Source: Bdellovibrionales bacterium
Lineage (GTDB): Bacteria; Bdellovibrionota; Bdellovibrionia; Bdellovibrionales; JAUICD01
DNA length: 64,000 bases
Reading direction: 5' to 3'
Assembly (NCBI GenBank): GCA_965197425.1
Contig: CBDANC010000014.1
Span: 256,001-320,000 of the forward strand
A program made the translations under genes and the position numbers. Position 1 is the first letter of the stretch; each line of letters starts with the position of its first letter. Below, one piece after another: positions 10,552 through 21,611 of the stretch. The notes beneath the pieces were generated by a model that saw nothing but the letters and a program-made list of their open reading frames with translations, did not search any database and was not told the DNA's origin.

Positions 10552-11402
10552 TTGCCTATATTAAAGTTAAATGGCTCGCCCCAATCTCCCGCTGGACTGC
10601 CGATACTCTCTCCATCAATTGATATAGATGTAATCCCTGCATTGTTTGTTACAAGTTCTATATTACTTCCTGTTATCGAAACCCTTTCACCTGTCTGTAA
10701 AGTTCTATTTACAGACTCAGCTCCATTTACAGAATAACTAATCTCCAGACCATCCAGAGCAACTATCTCAACAGTTCTTTCTATATTAGCTATAGCAGTT
10801 GTTGTAGTTGGCATAGTTGTGGTGGTTGTAGTTATTGTGGTAGTTGTAGTTGGTATAGTTGTATCGGAAACATCGATAGAAATACCTTCGTCTTCATTTA
10901 AAGTGTCGTCATCAATATCATCTGTACCTAAAACACTTGTAATAGTAGGAGAAATGGCAGGAGCGCTGGCCTCCTTACTATATTTATCAAACATTTGTTT
11001 TAAAAATATAAAGACCAAAACCAATACCAAAGTAGCAACAACAATTAAAACTTTTAAAGTGGTACTGTTTAATTTGTATTTTAAAATATTTTTATAGATC
11101 ATCTTAAAAATACTTAGGCTGTTGCCTTTTGTTGGAGATTCTATGTTTTTCTTAGGCTCATGTTTTGAAGATCCCATCTCTGAATCAAACCTACTTAGTA
11201 TTTTTTTTGAATCTAAATTTAAGCATCTGGCATAAGCACGTACAAAACCTCTAAGATAGGGTTTAGGCGGAAGTTTGGCTAAGTCACATTCCTCTATAGC
11301 CTTTAGAGTTGACGAACTTATTTTAGTTATACTAGCTATTTCAGAAAGAGAAATTTTCTGTTTTTCTCTTTCCTTTTTTAGTAAATCAATTGTCTTTTTC
11401 AT
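10548..11402 (-). CDS. rodZ: RodZ-like HTH membrane protein
   Basis: N-terminal HTH (LRGFVRAYARCL), one TM, Thr-rich linker, C-terminal NAG beta domain; follows ndk-pilF. Confidence 0.8.
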   Translation of the reverse strand: MKKTIDLLKKEREKQKISLSEIASITKISSSTLKAIEECDLAKLPPKPYLRGFVRAYARCLNLDSKKILSRFDSEMGSSKHEPKKNIESPTKGNSLSIFKMIYKNILKYKLNSTTLKVLIVVATLVLVLVFIFLKQMFDKYSKEASAPAISPTITSVLGTDDIDDDTLNEDEGISIDVSDTTIPTTTTTITTTTTTMPTTTTAIANIERTVEIVALDGLEISYSVNGAESVNRTLQTGERVSITGSNIELVTNNAGITSISIDGESIGSPAGDWGEPFNFNIGN

Positions 11403-11409
11403 AAAGCGC

Positions 11410-12177
11410 CTAAAAAGTTTTAGTTTTGTTCTTTTTCTTATTAGATTTTGATTTCATCCGATTTAGAATTTTTGCACTAGCTTTCCTGTGTTTGCTATTA
11501 GGGTAGTTTTTAATTAGGTTTCTTAAAAATCTTCTGGATGCTCTATTGTTGCCAGACTTATAATAGCTTAAACCTCCATAGTACAAAGCATCATCAAATA
11601 CACTACACATGCTAATGTACAAATCAATGGAACGAGAGGTTTCTTTAAAGTTTTTAATATTATATTGTGCAATGGCATAGTTATACCAAGCAGGACAGTA
11701 CTTATTATTTAGCTCTATTGCCTTTCTAAATTCTAATATTGCCTTATCCAGTTTTCCTTGCCTATAGTGCATGAGACCTAGATAATCATGTGCCTGCTCA
11801 GGTAAACGAAATTTCAGATCATCCACGACCTCTTTCAGTAACGAATGAGCTAGCTTATATTTTTTCACCTCTATGTAAGTTCTAGCAAGGTTACTTTTAG
11901 CAGCTGAATAATCAGGATTTAACTTGATAGCTTTCTTCAAAAAGACTATGGACTGACGGTATCTTTTCCTGTGGTAACAAACAACTCCCAGGTTGTTGTA
12001 TATTTCTGGGTTATCAGGGTCTAGAGTTTTGGCGTTTTGAAGTTCCCTATAAGCTTCTGGATAGTTTCTTACTTGTAGAAAACCAATTCCTATTTGTGTA
12101 TGAATTTCTGATAAATTTTTTGTGCTAACAGTACTACAACCTGTTAGCATAAAAAATAAAATCAGCTTTTTCACCAT
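11410..12177 (-). CDS. TPR lipoprotein, PilF/Tgl-like
   Basis: Lipobox LTGC, several TPRs (YNNLG, AKSNLA), position between ndk and rodZ. Confidence 0.75.
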   Translation of the reverse strand: MVKKLILFFMLTGCSTVSTKNLSEIHTQIGIGFLQVRNYPEAYRELQNAKTLDPDNPEIYNNLGVVCYHRKRYRQSIVFLKKAIKLNPDYSAAKSNLARTYIEVKKYKLAHSLLKEVVDDLKFRLPEQAHDYLGLMHYRQGKLDKAILEFRKAIELNNKYCPAWYNYAIAQYNIKNFKETSRSIDLYISMCSVFDDALYYGGLSYYKSGNNRASRRFLRNLIKNYPNSKHRKASAKILNRMKSKSNKKKNKTKTF

Positions 12178-12196
12178 AATACCTCTAGAAATAAAA

Positions 12197-12598
12197 TCAA
12201 TTAAAGAAAAAATCAATCTCCCTTTTTGCACTTGTCAAGCTATCGCTTCCATGAACGGCGTTTTTACCAATACTTTCCCCAAATAGTTTTCTTATAGTGC
12301 CGTTAGCTGCTTTACCTGGATCTGTATCTCCCATAATATCTCTATTTTTCTTCACAGCATTTTCCCCCCTCAAAACCATAAGCATTACTGGAGCTAAGGT
12401 AACAAATTCTACCAATTCTCCGTAAAATGGCCTTGCTTTATGCTCTTCATAGAAAGTTTCACAAGTTTTTTTGTCCAGATGTTCCATCCTAGCAGCCACA
12501 ACTCTTAAGCCATTTTCTTCAAATTTATTTATAATAGCACCAATATTATTCATGGCATTTGGCTTAATCATACTAAATGTTTCTTCCACTTCTTGCAT
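12197..12598 (-). CDS. ndk: Nucleoside diphosphate kinase
   Basis: IKPNA, FYEEH..RPFY, GTIR, NAVHGSDS. Confidence 0.97.
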   Translation of the reverse strand: MQEVEETFSMIKPNAMNNIGAIINKFEENGLRVVAARMEHLDKKTCETFYEEHKARPFYGELVEFVTLAPVMLMVLRGENAVKKNRDIMGDTDPGKAANGTIRKLFGESIGKNAVHGSDSLTSAKREIDFFFN

Positions 12599-12637
12599 CT
12601 CCTGTTTACCACTCTCATTTTCTACTCTTATACTAAA

Positions 12638-13504
12638 CTAAATCACATCCTTTAGAGTTTGGCCAAGTAAAGCAGGGCTTTTTGCAATATGGCAACCCGC
12701 ACTTTTTAATGCTTCGAATTTATCTTGGGCAAGTCCCTTTCCACCACTTACAATAGCACCAGCATGACCCATTGTCTTACCAGCTGGAGCAGATATACCA
12801 GCTATAAATGCCACGACTGGTTTTTTTACTTCCGATTTTATAAAACTAGCAGCTTCTTCTTCAGCACTCCCTCCAATTTCACCTATCATAATAATTGCTT
12901 CAGTACCCTTGTCAGCATTAAACATCTCTAGTACATCAATAAAATTGGTGCCATTTATTGGATCTCCACCAATTCCAACACAAGTTGACTGACCCATTCC
13001 AACATTAGAAACCTGCCATACAGCTTCATATGTCAGAGTACCAGATCTTGATAAAATACCAATCTTACCAGGAGAATGAATTGCTCCAGGCATTATGCCA
13101 ATTTTGCACTCACCAGGAGTAATTACACCGGGACAATTTGGGCCTACTAATCTAGTATTTTTTCCCTTTAAAAAATTCTTAACCCTGGCCATGTCCATAA
13201 CAGGAATACCCTCTGTTATACAAACCACAAGTTCAATCCCAGCATCACAAGCTTCCATAATTGCATCTGCAGCAAAAGGAGGTGGTACATAGATCATACT
13301 GGCAGTTGCTTTGGTTTTTTTCACCGCTTCATAAACCGTATTAAATACTGGAAGCCCTAAATGAGTAGTTCCTCCCTTTTTAGGAGTGACACCACCTACT
13401 AATTTTGTACCATAATCTAAAGCACCTTTTGAATGGAAAGTTCCATGATTACCAGTAAATCCCTGACAAATAACCTTTGTATTTTTATCAACTAATATAG
13501 ACAC
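12638..13504 (-). CDS. sucD: Succinyl-CoA ligase alpha subunit
   Basis: QGFTG, GPNCPG, MGHAGA. Confidence 0.98.
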   Translation of the reverse strand: MSILVDKNTKVICQGFTGNHGTFHSKGALDYGTKLVGGVTPKKGGTTHLGLPVFNTVYEAVKKTKATASMIYVPPPFAADAIMEACDAGIELVVCITEGIPVMDMARVKNFLKGKNTRLVGPNCPGVITPGECKIGIMPGAIHSPGKIGILSRSGTLTYEAVWQVSNVGMGQSTCVGIGGDPINGTNFIDVLEMFNADKGTEAIIMIGEIGGSAEEEAASFIKSEVKKPVVAFIAGISAPAGKTMGHAGAIVSGGKGLAQDKFEALKSAGCHIAKSPALLGQTLKDVI

Positions 13505-14670
13505 TATTTTTCTCCCAAAGCCTTTACAACCCTCAAAGCTGCGTCTTCTAAATCTGTAGCTGCTATTATCTTCAAACCACTTTCATTTAATAATTTTTTC
13601 CCCTCTTCGACATTGTTACCCTCAAGCCTTACAACAAGTGGGACGGTTAACTTCAAAGCCTTGCTCGCAGCAATAATTCCGTTGGCAATGATGTCACATT
13701 TCATAATGCCACCAAAGATATTTACCAAAATTGCTTTTACATTTTTGTCCTGCAAAATTAACTTAAAGCCTTGTTCAACTTTTTTGCTGTCAGCACCACC
13801 ACCTACATCTAAAAAATTAGCAGGATTACCTCCATGAAGTTTTATAATATCCATAGTACCCATAGCCAGACCTGCACCATTCACAAGACACCCAATGTTT
13901 CCATCCAACTTAATGAAAGCTAAGCCATGTTTGCTTGCCTCTAACTCTGTGGGATCCTCTTCAGTCACATCTCTTAATTCAGAAATATCCTTGTGCCTGT
14001 ACAGAGCATTGGAATCAAAGCTCATCTTGGCATCCAATGCTATAATTTTGTTAGAAGAATTTAAAACTAGAGGATTTATCTCTAAAAGTGAGCAGTCTTT
14101 TTGGACAAAAAGATCATACAAACTCATAAAACACTTAGCAGCCTCGTTTATTGCAACATTTGGAATACCTATAAGAAAAGCTACTTTTCTGGCTTGAAAA
14201 GGGCAGATTCCAACATTTATATCTATGTCTATTGTATGGATCAAATCAGGAGTATTACTGGATACATCCTCTATATCCATCCCTCCTTCAGAAGAAGCGA
14301 TCAGACTAATACCATCATTTTCTCTGTTTATTACAAATCCTATATAAAATTCTTTTTTAATATCGCAACCCAATTCTATAAGAACATGGTTTACCTTTTT
14401 CCCTTCTTTAGAGGTTTGATGTGTTACCAAATTCATGCCCAATATTTCTTTTGATACATCATAGACTTCTTGAAGTGACTTAGCGATTTTTACTCCACCA
14501 CCTTTTCCTCTGCCACCTGCATGAATTTGAGCTTTTACAACCCACACATCACCTCCGATTTCCTCCGCTATTTTTTTTGACTCATCAGGCGAGTTTGAGA
14601 CTTTTCCAGACAATGTAGGTATACCAAATTGCTTTAATAGTCCCTTTGCTTGATATTCATGTATATTCAT
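13504..14670 (-). CDS. sucC: Succinyl-CoA ligase beta subunit
   Basis: [38 protein letters not shown]. Confidence 0.98.
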   Translation of the reverse strand: MNIHEYQAKGLLKQFGIPTLSGKVSNSPDESKKIAEEIGGDVWVVKAQIHAGGRGKGGGVKIAKSLQEVYDVSKEILGMNLVTHQTSKEGKKVNHVLIELGCDIKKEFYIGFVINRENDGISLIASSEGGMDIEDVSSNTPDLIHTIDIDINVGICPFQARKVAFLIGIPNVAINEAAKCFMSLYDLFVQKDCSLLEINPLVLNSSNKIIALDAKMSFDSNALYRHKDISELRDVTEEDPTELEASKHGLAFIKLDGNIGCLVNGAGLAMGTMDIIKLHGGNPANFLDVGGGADSKKVEQGFKLILQDKNVKAILVNIFGGIMKCDIIANGIIAASKALKLTVPLVVRLEGNNVEEGKKLLNESGLKIIAATDLEDAALRVVKALGEK

Positions 14671-14686
14671 AATTAATCCTGTAATT

Positions 14687-15625
14687 TTAGTTTAGTTTTG
14701 AAATTAAATCTTTAACCGTATCGATCGATCGGTTTAGATTTTCAAGCTCTTCTTTGTTTAGGTCGATTTCTACTACCTCTTCGAGCCCATTTTTGCCCAG
14801 CTTACACAAGACACCTAAAAAAATTCCATTAACTCCATATTCACCCTCTAGATAAGCAGCACATGGTAAAATTCGTTTTTGATCTTTTAAGATAGCTTCT
14901 GCCATTTGAACTGCACTAGCAGAAGGGGCATAGTAGGCAGATCCAGTTTTTAATAAACCAACAATCTCAGCCCCACCTTTTCTGGTCCTCTCTACCAACG
15001 AATCAACTGTTTTGCTATCTAAATACTCTAAAAGAGGTACACCTCCTATCGAACAGTGTCTAGGCATAGGAACCATTGTATCTCCATGCCCTCCCAACAC
15101 AAATGCCTGTACATCCTTTACAGATACATTGGCTTCCATAGATATGAAACTTCTAAACCTTGCACTATCTAAAACACCAGCCATTCCTATTATTCTGTTT
15201 CTAGTAAAACCCAACTCTTGCTTAGCAACATAGGCCATTGCATCCAACGGATTGGAAACAACTATCACCATACAATCAGGACTATATTCTTTAATACCCT
15301 TACAAACATCCTTCATTATTTGAGCATTTTTCTTTAATAGATCATCTCTTGTCATACCAGGTTTTCTTGCAAGGCCTGCAGTAATGATCACAACATTAGA
15401 TCCTTCAGTATCTTTGTAATCTTTAGTCCCTTCTACCACCGCATCAAAACCACAAACTGGAGATGATTCAAATAAATCCAAGGCTTTGCCCTTAGCAGAA
15501 CCCTCATCTATATCCAATAAAACTATGTCCCCTAACTCTTTTTGACTGGCCCAATGAGCGCAAGTCGAGCCAACAAAACCACTTCCAACTATGGTTATCT
15601 TCTTTCTAGTGTTGTCAAAACCCAA
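14687..15625 (-). CDS. mdh: Malate dehydrogenase (LDH-like)
   Basis: [31 protein letters not shown]. Confidence 0.96.
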   Translation of the reverse strand: MGFDNTRKKITIVGSGFVGSTCAHWASQKELGDIVLLDIDEGSAKGKALDLFESSPVCGFDAVVEGTKDYKDTEGSNVVIITAGLARKPGMTRDDLLKKNAQIMKDVCKGIKEYSPDCMVIVVSNPLDAMAYVAKQELGFTRNRIIGMAGVLDSARFRSFISMEANVSVKDVQAFVLGGHGDTMVPMPRHCSIGGVPLLEYLDSKTVDSLVERTRKGGAEIVGLLKTGSAYYAPSASAVQMAEAILKDQKRILPCAAYLEGEYGVNGIFLGVLCKLGKNGLEEVVEIDLNKEELENLNRSIDTVKDLISKLN

Positions 15626-15936
15626 ATTTTAACCCCAAATTGTTCCTAAAAAGCTATTTCAAAAAGGCATATTAGTAAAGACATTGTCCATGCCACCTGC
15701 TGTCATTAAGTTTAATTGTTTCAATAAAAAGAATAGGTTATCTAAGCAGAGCACGGTCTAACATCATCGAAAGATGATCACCAAACATAGCAAAAATGAT
15801 CTCTTAACTGTATATTTTATTCTGTAGAGTTTACTGAAACTGGTATTTTTTATTATTAAAAATTTTAATACCTTCTATACATCAAGATTATAAGTTTTTT
15901 AACAGATCTGTTGCACAAAAACGTCATGCTTCGAAT

Positions 15937-15972
15937 AAAAGAGGCAAGCCTTTCAAAGCTTGCCTCTTTTTT
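15937..15972. terminator. Intrinsic terminator downstream of the H1-like gene
   Basis: aaaagaggcaagc-loop-gcttgcctctttttt. Confidence 0.8.
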
Positions 15973-15989
15973 AGAAAACTACTTTAAAC

Positions 15990-16349
15990 TTACTTCTTCT
16001 TTCTTCTTACTTTTCTTTTTGTAGCCTTTCTTTTTGTAGTTCTTCTCTTTGTAGCTTTTCTCTTCGTGACTTTCCTCTTTGTAGCTTTCCTCTTCGTGGC
16101 TTTCCGTTTTGTAGCCTTTTTCTTCGTCTTTCTCTTAGCTACTTTTCTTTTGGCTGTTTTTCTTTTTGTAGCCTTTCTTTTTGTAGTTCTTCTCTTTGTA
16201 GCCTTTCTTTTTGTAGTTCTTCTCTTTGTAGCTTTTCTCTTTGTTGTTTTTCTTTTAGCTACTTTTCTTCTTGTAACTTTTTTCTTCGTCTTTCTCTTCG
16301 TGGCTTTCCTTGCCGTAGCTTTCTTCTTCGTTTTTCTTCTTACTGCCAT
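15990..16349 (-). CDS. Histone H1-like Lys/Arg-rich pentapeptide-repeat protein
   Basis: KRK(A/T/V)(T/A) repeats, GGAGGG RBS, upstream TTGACG..TATTCT and its own terminator. Confidence 0.8.
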   Translation of the reverse strand: MAVRRKTKKKATARKATKRKTKKKVTRRKVAKRKTTKRKATKRRTTKRKATKRRTTKRKATKRKTAKRKVAKRKTKKKATKRKATKRKATKRKVTKRKATKRRTTKRKATKRKVRRKKK

Positions 16350-16501
16350 AGTTATCCCTCCTGGTAGGCTTTTACGGTGTAATTGAACTTCGTACTCTCA
16401 TATTTAAGAATACCTGTATGCAATTGATCGTCAACTAAAAGTTGTGTTTTTTTCTAATTTTTTTTATATTTTCTAGATCGAGAATAAGTTTTTGGAGTTT
16501 T

Positions 16502-17241
16502 ATGACATTCTTGGAAGCAATATTTGTGTTTTTTGGTATGGTAACTATCGTTCGTAATGTTTATGTCCTATTGTTAACTCACTACAAATACCATAATAAT
16601 GTAAAGTATTTTGCATTGTCGGTACTATTTTTGATTTTATCGGTATTATTTGCTCTAGAAAAAGGCTTTGTCCTGTTTTCTATACTTGTTGCTTTTTCTT
16701 TTATACTTCCACCATTGTCTAGGTATTTATCAGAAAATAAAACCAAAACAATGTTTGTGAATTGTTTGGATATCATTATTTTGAAAATGAAATCTGGACA
16801 ATCTTTCTTCCAATGCCTTCAAAGAAGCATGCTCCAATAGCGATCCATTTATAAAGCAAAAACTTTTGAATATATGGAATATCTTAGGAATATTGGGACT
16901 ATAGTAAGAGTTTGAATTTAAAAGGTTTTGATAAAGAGGTGGTATTTGAGGTTTCGTAGTATTATGAACTCATCCTCACATTATTTAAACCAACTATCTG
17001 GATTTCGAGATGAACTTAGGCTCAGAATAAGATTTCAGAATAAAACTAACAAAATGTCCCTTCAAACTCGCATGCAAAGTGTTGTTTTGATTCATTATAT
17101 ATATAGTAATTTCAATTATAGTTTCCAATGCATATGGTTTTGATGTGGTTAAACCCTGGTTAGTTGTATCCTTACCTCTAATGTCAGTAGGTATTTATTG
17201 GTTGGTTTCTATACCTAGGAGGTTTAAATTGGAAAATTTAG
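16502..17241 (+). pseudogene. TadB/T2SSF-like membrane protein, multiply frameshifted
   Basis: Joining frames gives ...LDIIILKMKSGQSF..AFKEAC...LRLRIRFQNK...QTRMQS...TM..RRFKWKI and needs several single-base corrections. Confidence 0.6.
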
Positions 17242-17653
17242 CTCCACCAATGAGTTGTATTATTGTGTATCGAAAAAGCGTTTTTTGGAGGGTAAAACCC
17301 TAAAAACTGGGCTCAGGGAATATATCGAGCATTCAGATGACAGTTTTAAAGATGAAATTCAAGAGTTATTAAAGAACTTTATGATAGGTGAGAAAGCCCA
17401 CAATCATAGGTCAAAGAGTATATATAGAACTGCTGTTAAAGAATTAATTTGGTCTGGTTTGAATGGAAACAGCATTGGAAAAGAACTTAGTGCATTAAAA
17501 GAAGAAACAGAATTAGCCTGTAAAGTAGAGTTGGATTCATTTATTGAATCCATACCTTTTAGATCTATGATTCCCCTATTACTCTTTCAATTCCCTTCGT
17601 TTTTACTTATTTTGATGGGCCCACTTATCACCAAAATATCGGAGTCATTATGA
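17228..17653 (+). CDS. TadC-like small partner protein (5' end disrupted)
   Basis: Ends IPLLLFQFPSFLLILMGP; probable start region (M)ENLAPPM is out of frame. Confidence 0.5.
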   Translation: MGKFSSTNELYYCVSKKRFLEGKTLKTGLREYIEHSDDSFKDEIQELLKNFMIGEKAHNHRSKSIYRTAVKELIWSGLNGNSIGKELSALKEETELACKVELDSFIESIPFRSMIPLLLFQFPSFLLILMGPLITKISESL

Positions 17654-18045
17654 TATTATCAGTAATAATTGCCCTATCTTTGGAAGGACATATATATAAT
17701 GACATAATCAAAACTAAATCCAAAGAAGAGCTAGGCAGTCTGATAGAAGTATTAGAAAAAGGCAACCTTTATAAAACAGGCTGTATTGCGGAATTAGCAA
17801 AAAATCAATTTCCAACAAATTGTATACATTTTTTAAAGATAATAGAATCATCCAAATATAAAGACAAACTTGGAACTAAAAAAGCCAAAAGTGAAATAAA
17901 AAGCTACTGTGCTAAAAAAGACCTTGTTTTTAAGCTTGAAGGTGGTTCAGATTTAGATGACAGTTTTAAAAAAGAATATCCAAAATGTTTTGAAAGGTAC
18001 TCCGAAAAGCTAATGGATATTAAATACAAAAAATCAAAGAACTAA
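17650..18045 (+). CDS. Hypothetical exported protein
   Basis: 131-aa ORF coupled to both neighbours, with 4 Cys. Confidence 0.6.
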   Translation: MILSVIIALSLEGHIYNDIIKTKSKEELGSLIEVLEKGNLYKTGCIAELAKNQFPTNCIHFLKIIESSKYKDKLGTKKAKSEIKSYCAKKDLVFKLEGGSDLDDSFKKEYPKCFERYSEKLMDIKYKKSKN

Positions 18046-18871
18046 TGTATCCTGACATATTAAAATCCATTTTATTAGGTATAATTCAAGGAATAACTGA
18101 GTTTTTACCAATATCTAGCTCCGGACATCTAACACTAGCACAACATTTTTTGGGTATTTATAAAGAAACAATACAATTTGATATAGTTGTGCATTTTGCA
18201 ACTTTGTTGTCGGTATTTACGGTTATGAGAGGAGTTTTAATAAAGCTTTTTTATCTCATATTAGAAGATATAAAGAGTCGAAACTTTACTGGTACTGGCC
18301 TCCTGCTTTTATATAAAATCATTGTGGCAACAATCCCTGTTGGCTTAGTTGGTGTGTTTTTTAGAGGTAATATAGAATCTCTTTTTAACAATCTTACTGT
18401 AGTGGCTTTAGCATTTTGCTTTACTGGAATATTATTGCTGTCCACAAAAATTTATGAAAACATTCGAATTCCGTAGATGCCGGAGATATTGAAGATATTA
18501 AGGACATAAACTTTATGCAAAGCTTTATTGTTGGGATTTTTCAAATGATAGCCATTATACCTGGTGTTAGTAGATCTGGGACTTCTATTGTCGGTGGAAT
18601 GATGACCAAGATGAGTAATTTAACTAGTGTTTATTTTAGCTTCATTATATCAATACCTGCAATTTTAGGGGCTACGGTGTTAGAAATAAAAAAAATGGCC
18701 ATATCACCATCTGATGTAGACATTTGGTTTTTAGCCGCTGGATTTTTAGCAGCATATATATCTGGTGTTGTGGGTTTGACACTAGTGGTGAAAATTGCAA
18801 AAAACAAAAAACTATTCTACTTTACACCTTACCTTGTTATCTTGGGGCTGATATTATTGATATTTTTTTAA
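18045..18871 (+). pseudogene. uppP: Undecaprenyl-diphosphate phosphatase with one frameshift near 18465
   Basis: QGITEFLPISSSGH in the first ORF and PGVSRSG in the second; may be a sequencing error. Confidence 0.88.
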
Positions 18872-18896
18872 AATTCTGAAATAAAAAAGGTGAATC

Positions 18897-20033
18897 ATGG
18901 AGAAGTTTGAAACTAGAGCTATTAGAAATGCACAAAACCCTGACTCTACTAGTGGTGCAATTGTAACACCTATAACTCTATCCACTACATATGTTCAACA
19001 ATCTCCTGGCGTTCATAAAGGTTATGATTATTCTAGAAGTGGCAATCCAACCAGAAAAGCTTATGAAGATTGCTTAGCAAGTTTAGAGTCTGGACAATAT
19101 GGATTTTCATTTGCTTCTGGTTGTTCTGCACTAACTACAATCCTACATTTGCTAAAAACAGGAGATCATTTAATAGCAGTAGACGATATATATGGTGGAA
19201 CCTTTAGAATTTTTGAAAAAGTCATAAAAAATAATGGTATTTCAACTACATTTTGTGATCTAACAAATCCAGAAAATTTGTTAAATGCATTAACAGATAA
19301 AACCAAAATGATTTGGGTTGAAACTCCAACTAATCCACAACTAAAGCTTGTCGATATTAAAAAAATATCCCAACTAAAACCAAAAGAAGTGCTACTTGGA
19401 GTGGATAATACTTTTATGAGCCCCTTTTTCCAAAGACCTTTAGAGGTGGGCGCTGACATATCCTATAACTCAACTTCCAAATATATCTCCGGTCATAATG
19501 ATGTAATAGGTGGCTTCGCCACGGTAAATAACCAGGATTTAGCTGACAAAATTGCTTTTTTACAAAATGCCATAGGTGCCGTGCCATCAGTATTCGACTG
19601 CTATATGTGTCTTAGGAGTTTGAAAACTTTAGCCGTTAGGATGAAACAACACGAGAAAAACGCCCTTACAGTAGCGTCTTTTTTGGAAAATCACCCTAAA
19701 ATAGAAAAGGCCTATTATCCAGGACTTAAAAGCCACCCACAACATGAATTGGCAAAACAACAAATGGATGGATTCTCAGGAATGATTAGCTTTCTATTAA
19801 AATCAAGCAATGTAACTAAGTTTCTAGAAGAATTAAACCTGTTTTATTTAGCAGAAAGCCTAGGAAGCGTAATATCTCTGGTGGATCACCCAGCTACTAT
19901 GACGCATGCCAGTATGCCTATTGAAGCACGAAGATCTTTAGGAATTTTGGATAATTTAATTCGTTTGAGTGTAGGTATAGAAGATGCTCAGGATTTAACC
20001 GACGATCTAGATCGTGCTCTACAAATATCTTAA
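18897..20033 (+). CDS. Cystathionine gamma-lyase/synthase (PLP trans-sulfuration enzyme)
   Basis: YSRSGNPTR, ETPTNP, DNTF, STSKYISGH, AESLG, RLSVGIE. Confidence 0.93.
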   Translation: MEKFETRAIRNAQNPDSTSGAIVTPITLSTTYVQQSPGVHKGYDYSRSGNPTRKAYEDCLASLESGQYGFSFASGCSALTTILHLLKTGDHLIAVDDIYGGTFRIFEKVIKNNGISTTFCDLTNPENLLNALTDKTKMIWVETPTNPQLKLVDIKKISQLKPKEVLLGVDNTFMSPFFQRPLEVGADISYNSTSKYISGHNDVIGGFATVNNQDLADKIAFLQNAIGAVPSVFDCYMCLRSLKTLAVRMKQHEKNALTVASFLENHPKIEKAYYPGLKSHPQHELAKQQMDGFSGMISFLLKSSNVTKFLEELNLFYLAESLGSVISLVDHPATMTHASMPIEARRSLGILDNLIRLSVGIEDAQDLTDDLDRALQIS

Positions 20034-20172
20034 GCCAAAAATGATATATAAAAGAGTTTATAAATAGTTTGTATATACTGGTTTGCATATATTAGAAGTT
20101 TTGTACTGTCCTATATATAGGGTATTTTGTTATGACTGTTGTTATGCAGATTTTCATGGTCAGCATCAAAAT

Positions 20173-20248
<76 letters not shown>

Positions 20249-20264
20249 CACACACCACACAACA

Positions 20265-21032
20265 TCAACAATCAGCAGGAGCTCCACTTAGCAGTGCCTC
20301 AGGCAAATTGTCATCAGGAGGGGTCAAGAAGTAAACCCCCAACACAGCTTTGACAAATGCTTTGTCTATATAAGAAAACTTTAAATCACCGTCCACAAGA
20401 AAGTTCATTTTATTCCCAACTAATTGCAGTGACACCTTCTGCCCTTTTTTTATGTCCATAAAAACCGTATCAAGACCAGAAGTTTTATGCATCTGTTCAA
20501 CATCTGAAATCCCCTGTTCTTCTAAACCACGCTTCCATTCCCATGAATCACGAAGCGAATCTTTATCAACATCTCTTACAAAATACATGTCTATCTGTTT
20601 ATAAGAATCAGAGTTTATTAACTGATATGGATCAAAAGAAGAATCATTTGTATAAAAGGCAGCTATATAAACATCCACAGTTAAACCAAATTTTCTGGCC
20701 TGTCTTAACCCCACTCCCTTTAGATTGAGAGTAGCACCATCTACCCTTAAGTCATTAGGCATATCAGGCACATCAGCTTCACACAATTTGTCAGTGCTAC
20801 CAGCTACATTTGTACTGAGAATACTACTAATGGAACGATCTGCATCGTCATCATTTGGACCACAAATTAAATGGCTATAATTGGACGATATTATCATTAT
20901 TCCCACAGCACTGCACAAAATAACCGCAGAGAAAAAACATGTCACAAGCAAGAACATGCGGCCTGTAAAAAAACTTTTACATACATTTTTATCACTTTTC
21001 TTTTCTGAAAACATCATACCCAAATCCCCCAC
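20265..21032 (-). CDS. Chalcone-isomerase-like family protein
   Basis: L.L.G.GLR...VDVYIAAFY...YFVRDVD...F..AVLGVY motif pattern. Confidence 0.75.
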   Translation of the reverse strand: MGDLGMMFSEKKSDKNVCKSFFTGRMFLLVTCFFSAVILCSAVGIMIISSNYSHLICGPNDDDADRSISSILSTNVAGSTDKLCEADVPDMPNDLRVDGATLNLKGVGLRQARKFGLTVDVYIAAFYTNDSSFDPYQLINSDSYKQIDMYFVRDVDKDSLRDSWEWKRGLEEQGISDVEQMHKTSGLDTVFMDIKKGQKVSLQLVGNKMNFLVDGDLKFSYIDKAFVKAVLGVYFLTPPDDNLPEALLSGAPADC

Positions 21033-21205
21033 TAAAAACCTTAGCTAGCTTGTATTTGAAACACAAAACATATGTGTATCAGTACACATAATTGGTTTTT
21101 ATAGCATTTATAACATCAGTATATTAAACAATATGGAGTAATTCTATAGAACAAGCAAATATGTTGAATTTTTTACTAACAAGCTGTTTAAAAGTATTAA
21201 AAATA

Positions 21206-21610
21206 TTACTGCGAAATAACGGACATTGCTACCTTGTTTACGCCTGCTTTTTTCAATGAATCCATCACTGAAATAACAACACCATGGGAAACATTTTTAT
21301 CAGCAGATATCACGGCGTATATTTCCAAGTCCCCTTCCACTAAATTGTGAACCTTATAGACTAAGTCATCAGTATTTGTACCTTCACCGTTTAACAACAC
21401 AACACCATTTGGATCTATTGAGATATTCAAAGTTGATTTAGCTATTTCCTCTCCTGTACCAGCCTTTGGAAGTTCAATCATAATTGAAGGTGATATTATC
21501 AATGAAGAAGTAAGCATAAAAATTATAAGAACAACTAAAATAATATCTACAAAGGGAGTTACATTGATTGTGGATATTGGTTCATCATCCTGATCTAGGC
21601 TAGATGCCAA
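21206..21610 (-). CDS. exbD: ExbD/TolR family protein
   Basis: INVTPFVDIILVVLIIFM and ADKNVSHG..V..MD. Confidence 0.9.
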   Translation of the reverse strand: MASSLDQDDEPISTINVTPFVDIILVVLIIFMLTSSLIISPSIMIELPKAGTGEEIAKSTLNISIDPNGVVLLNGEGTNTDDLVYKVHNLVEGDLEIYAVISADKNVSHGVVISVMDSLKKAGVNKVAMSVISQ

Positions 21611-21611
21611 A

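Noticed and set aside
10795..10865. Thr-rich tract in rodZ, EEK repeats in tatA and EDG/SED microrepeats in the 62383 gene
   Set aside because: Ordinary low-complexity linkers.
15745..15795. c-di-GMP-I riboswitch-like GAAA hairpin (atcatc-gaaa-gatgat)
   Set aside because: Lacks the GGCAAA/GACGCAAA core and lies antisense to mdh.
16066..16386. Hydrophobic 106-aa plus-strand ORF
   Set aside because: Antisense shadow of the Lys/Arg repeat gene, which has the RBS and terminator.
20249..21200. Island integrated at tRNA-Phe
   Set aside because: No integrase and no duplicated tRNA 3' end seen.
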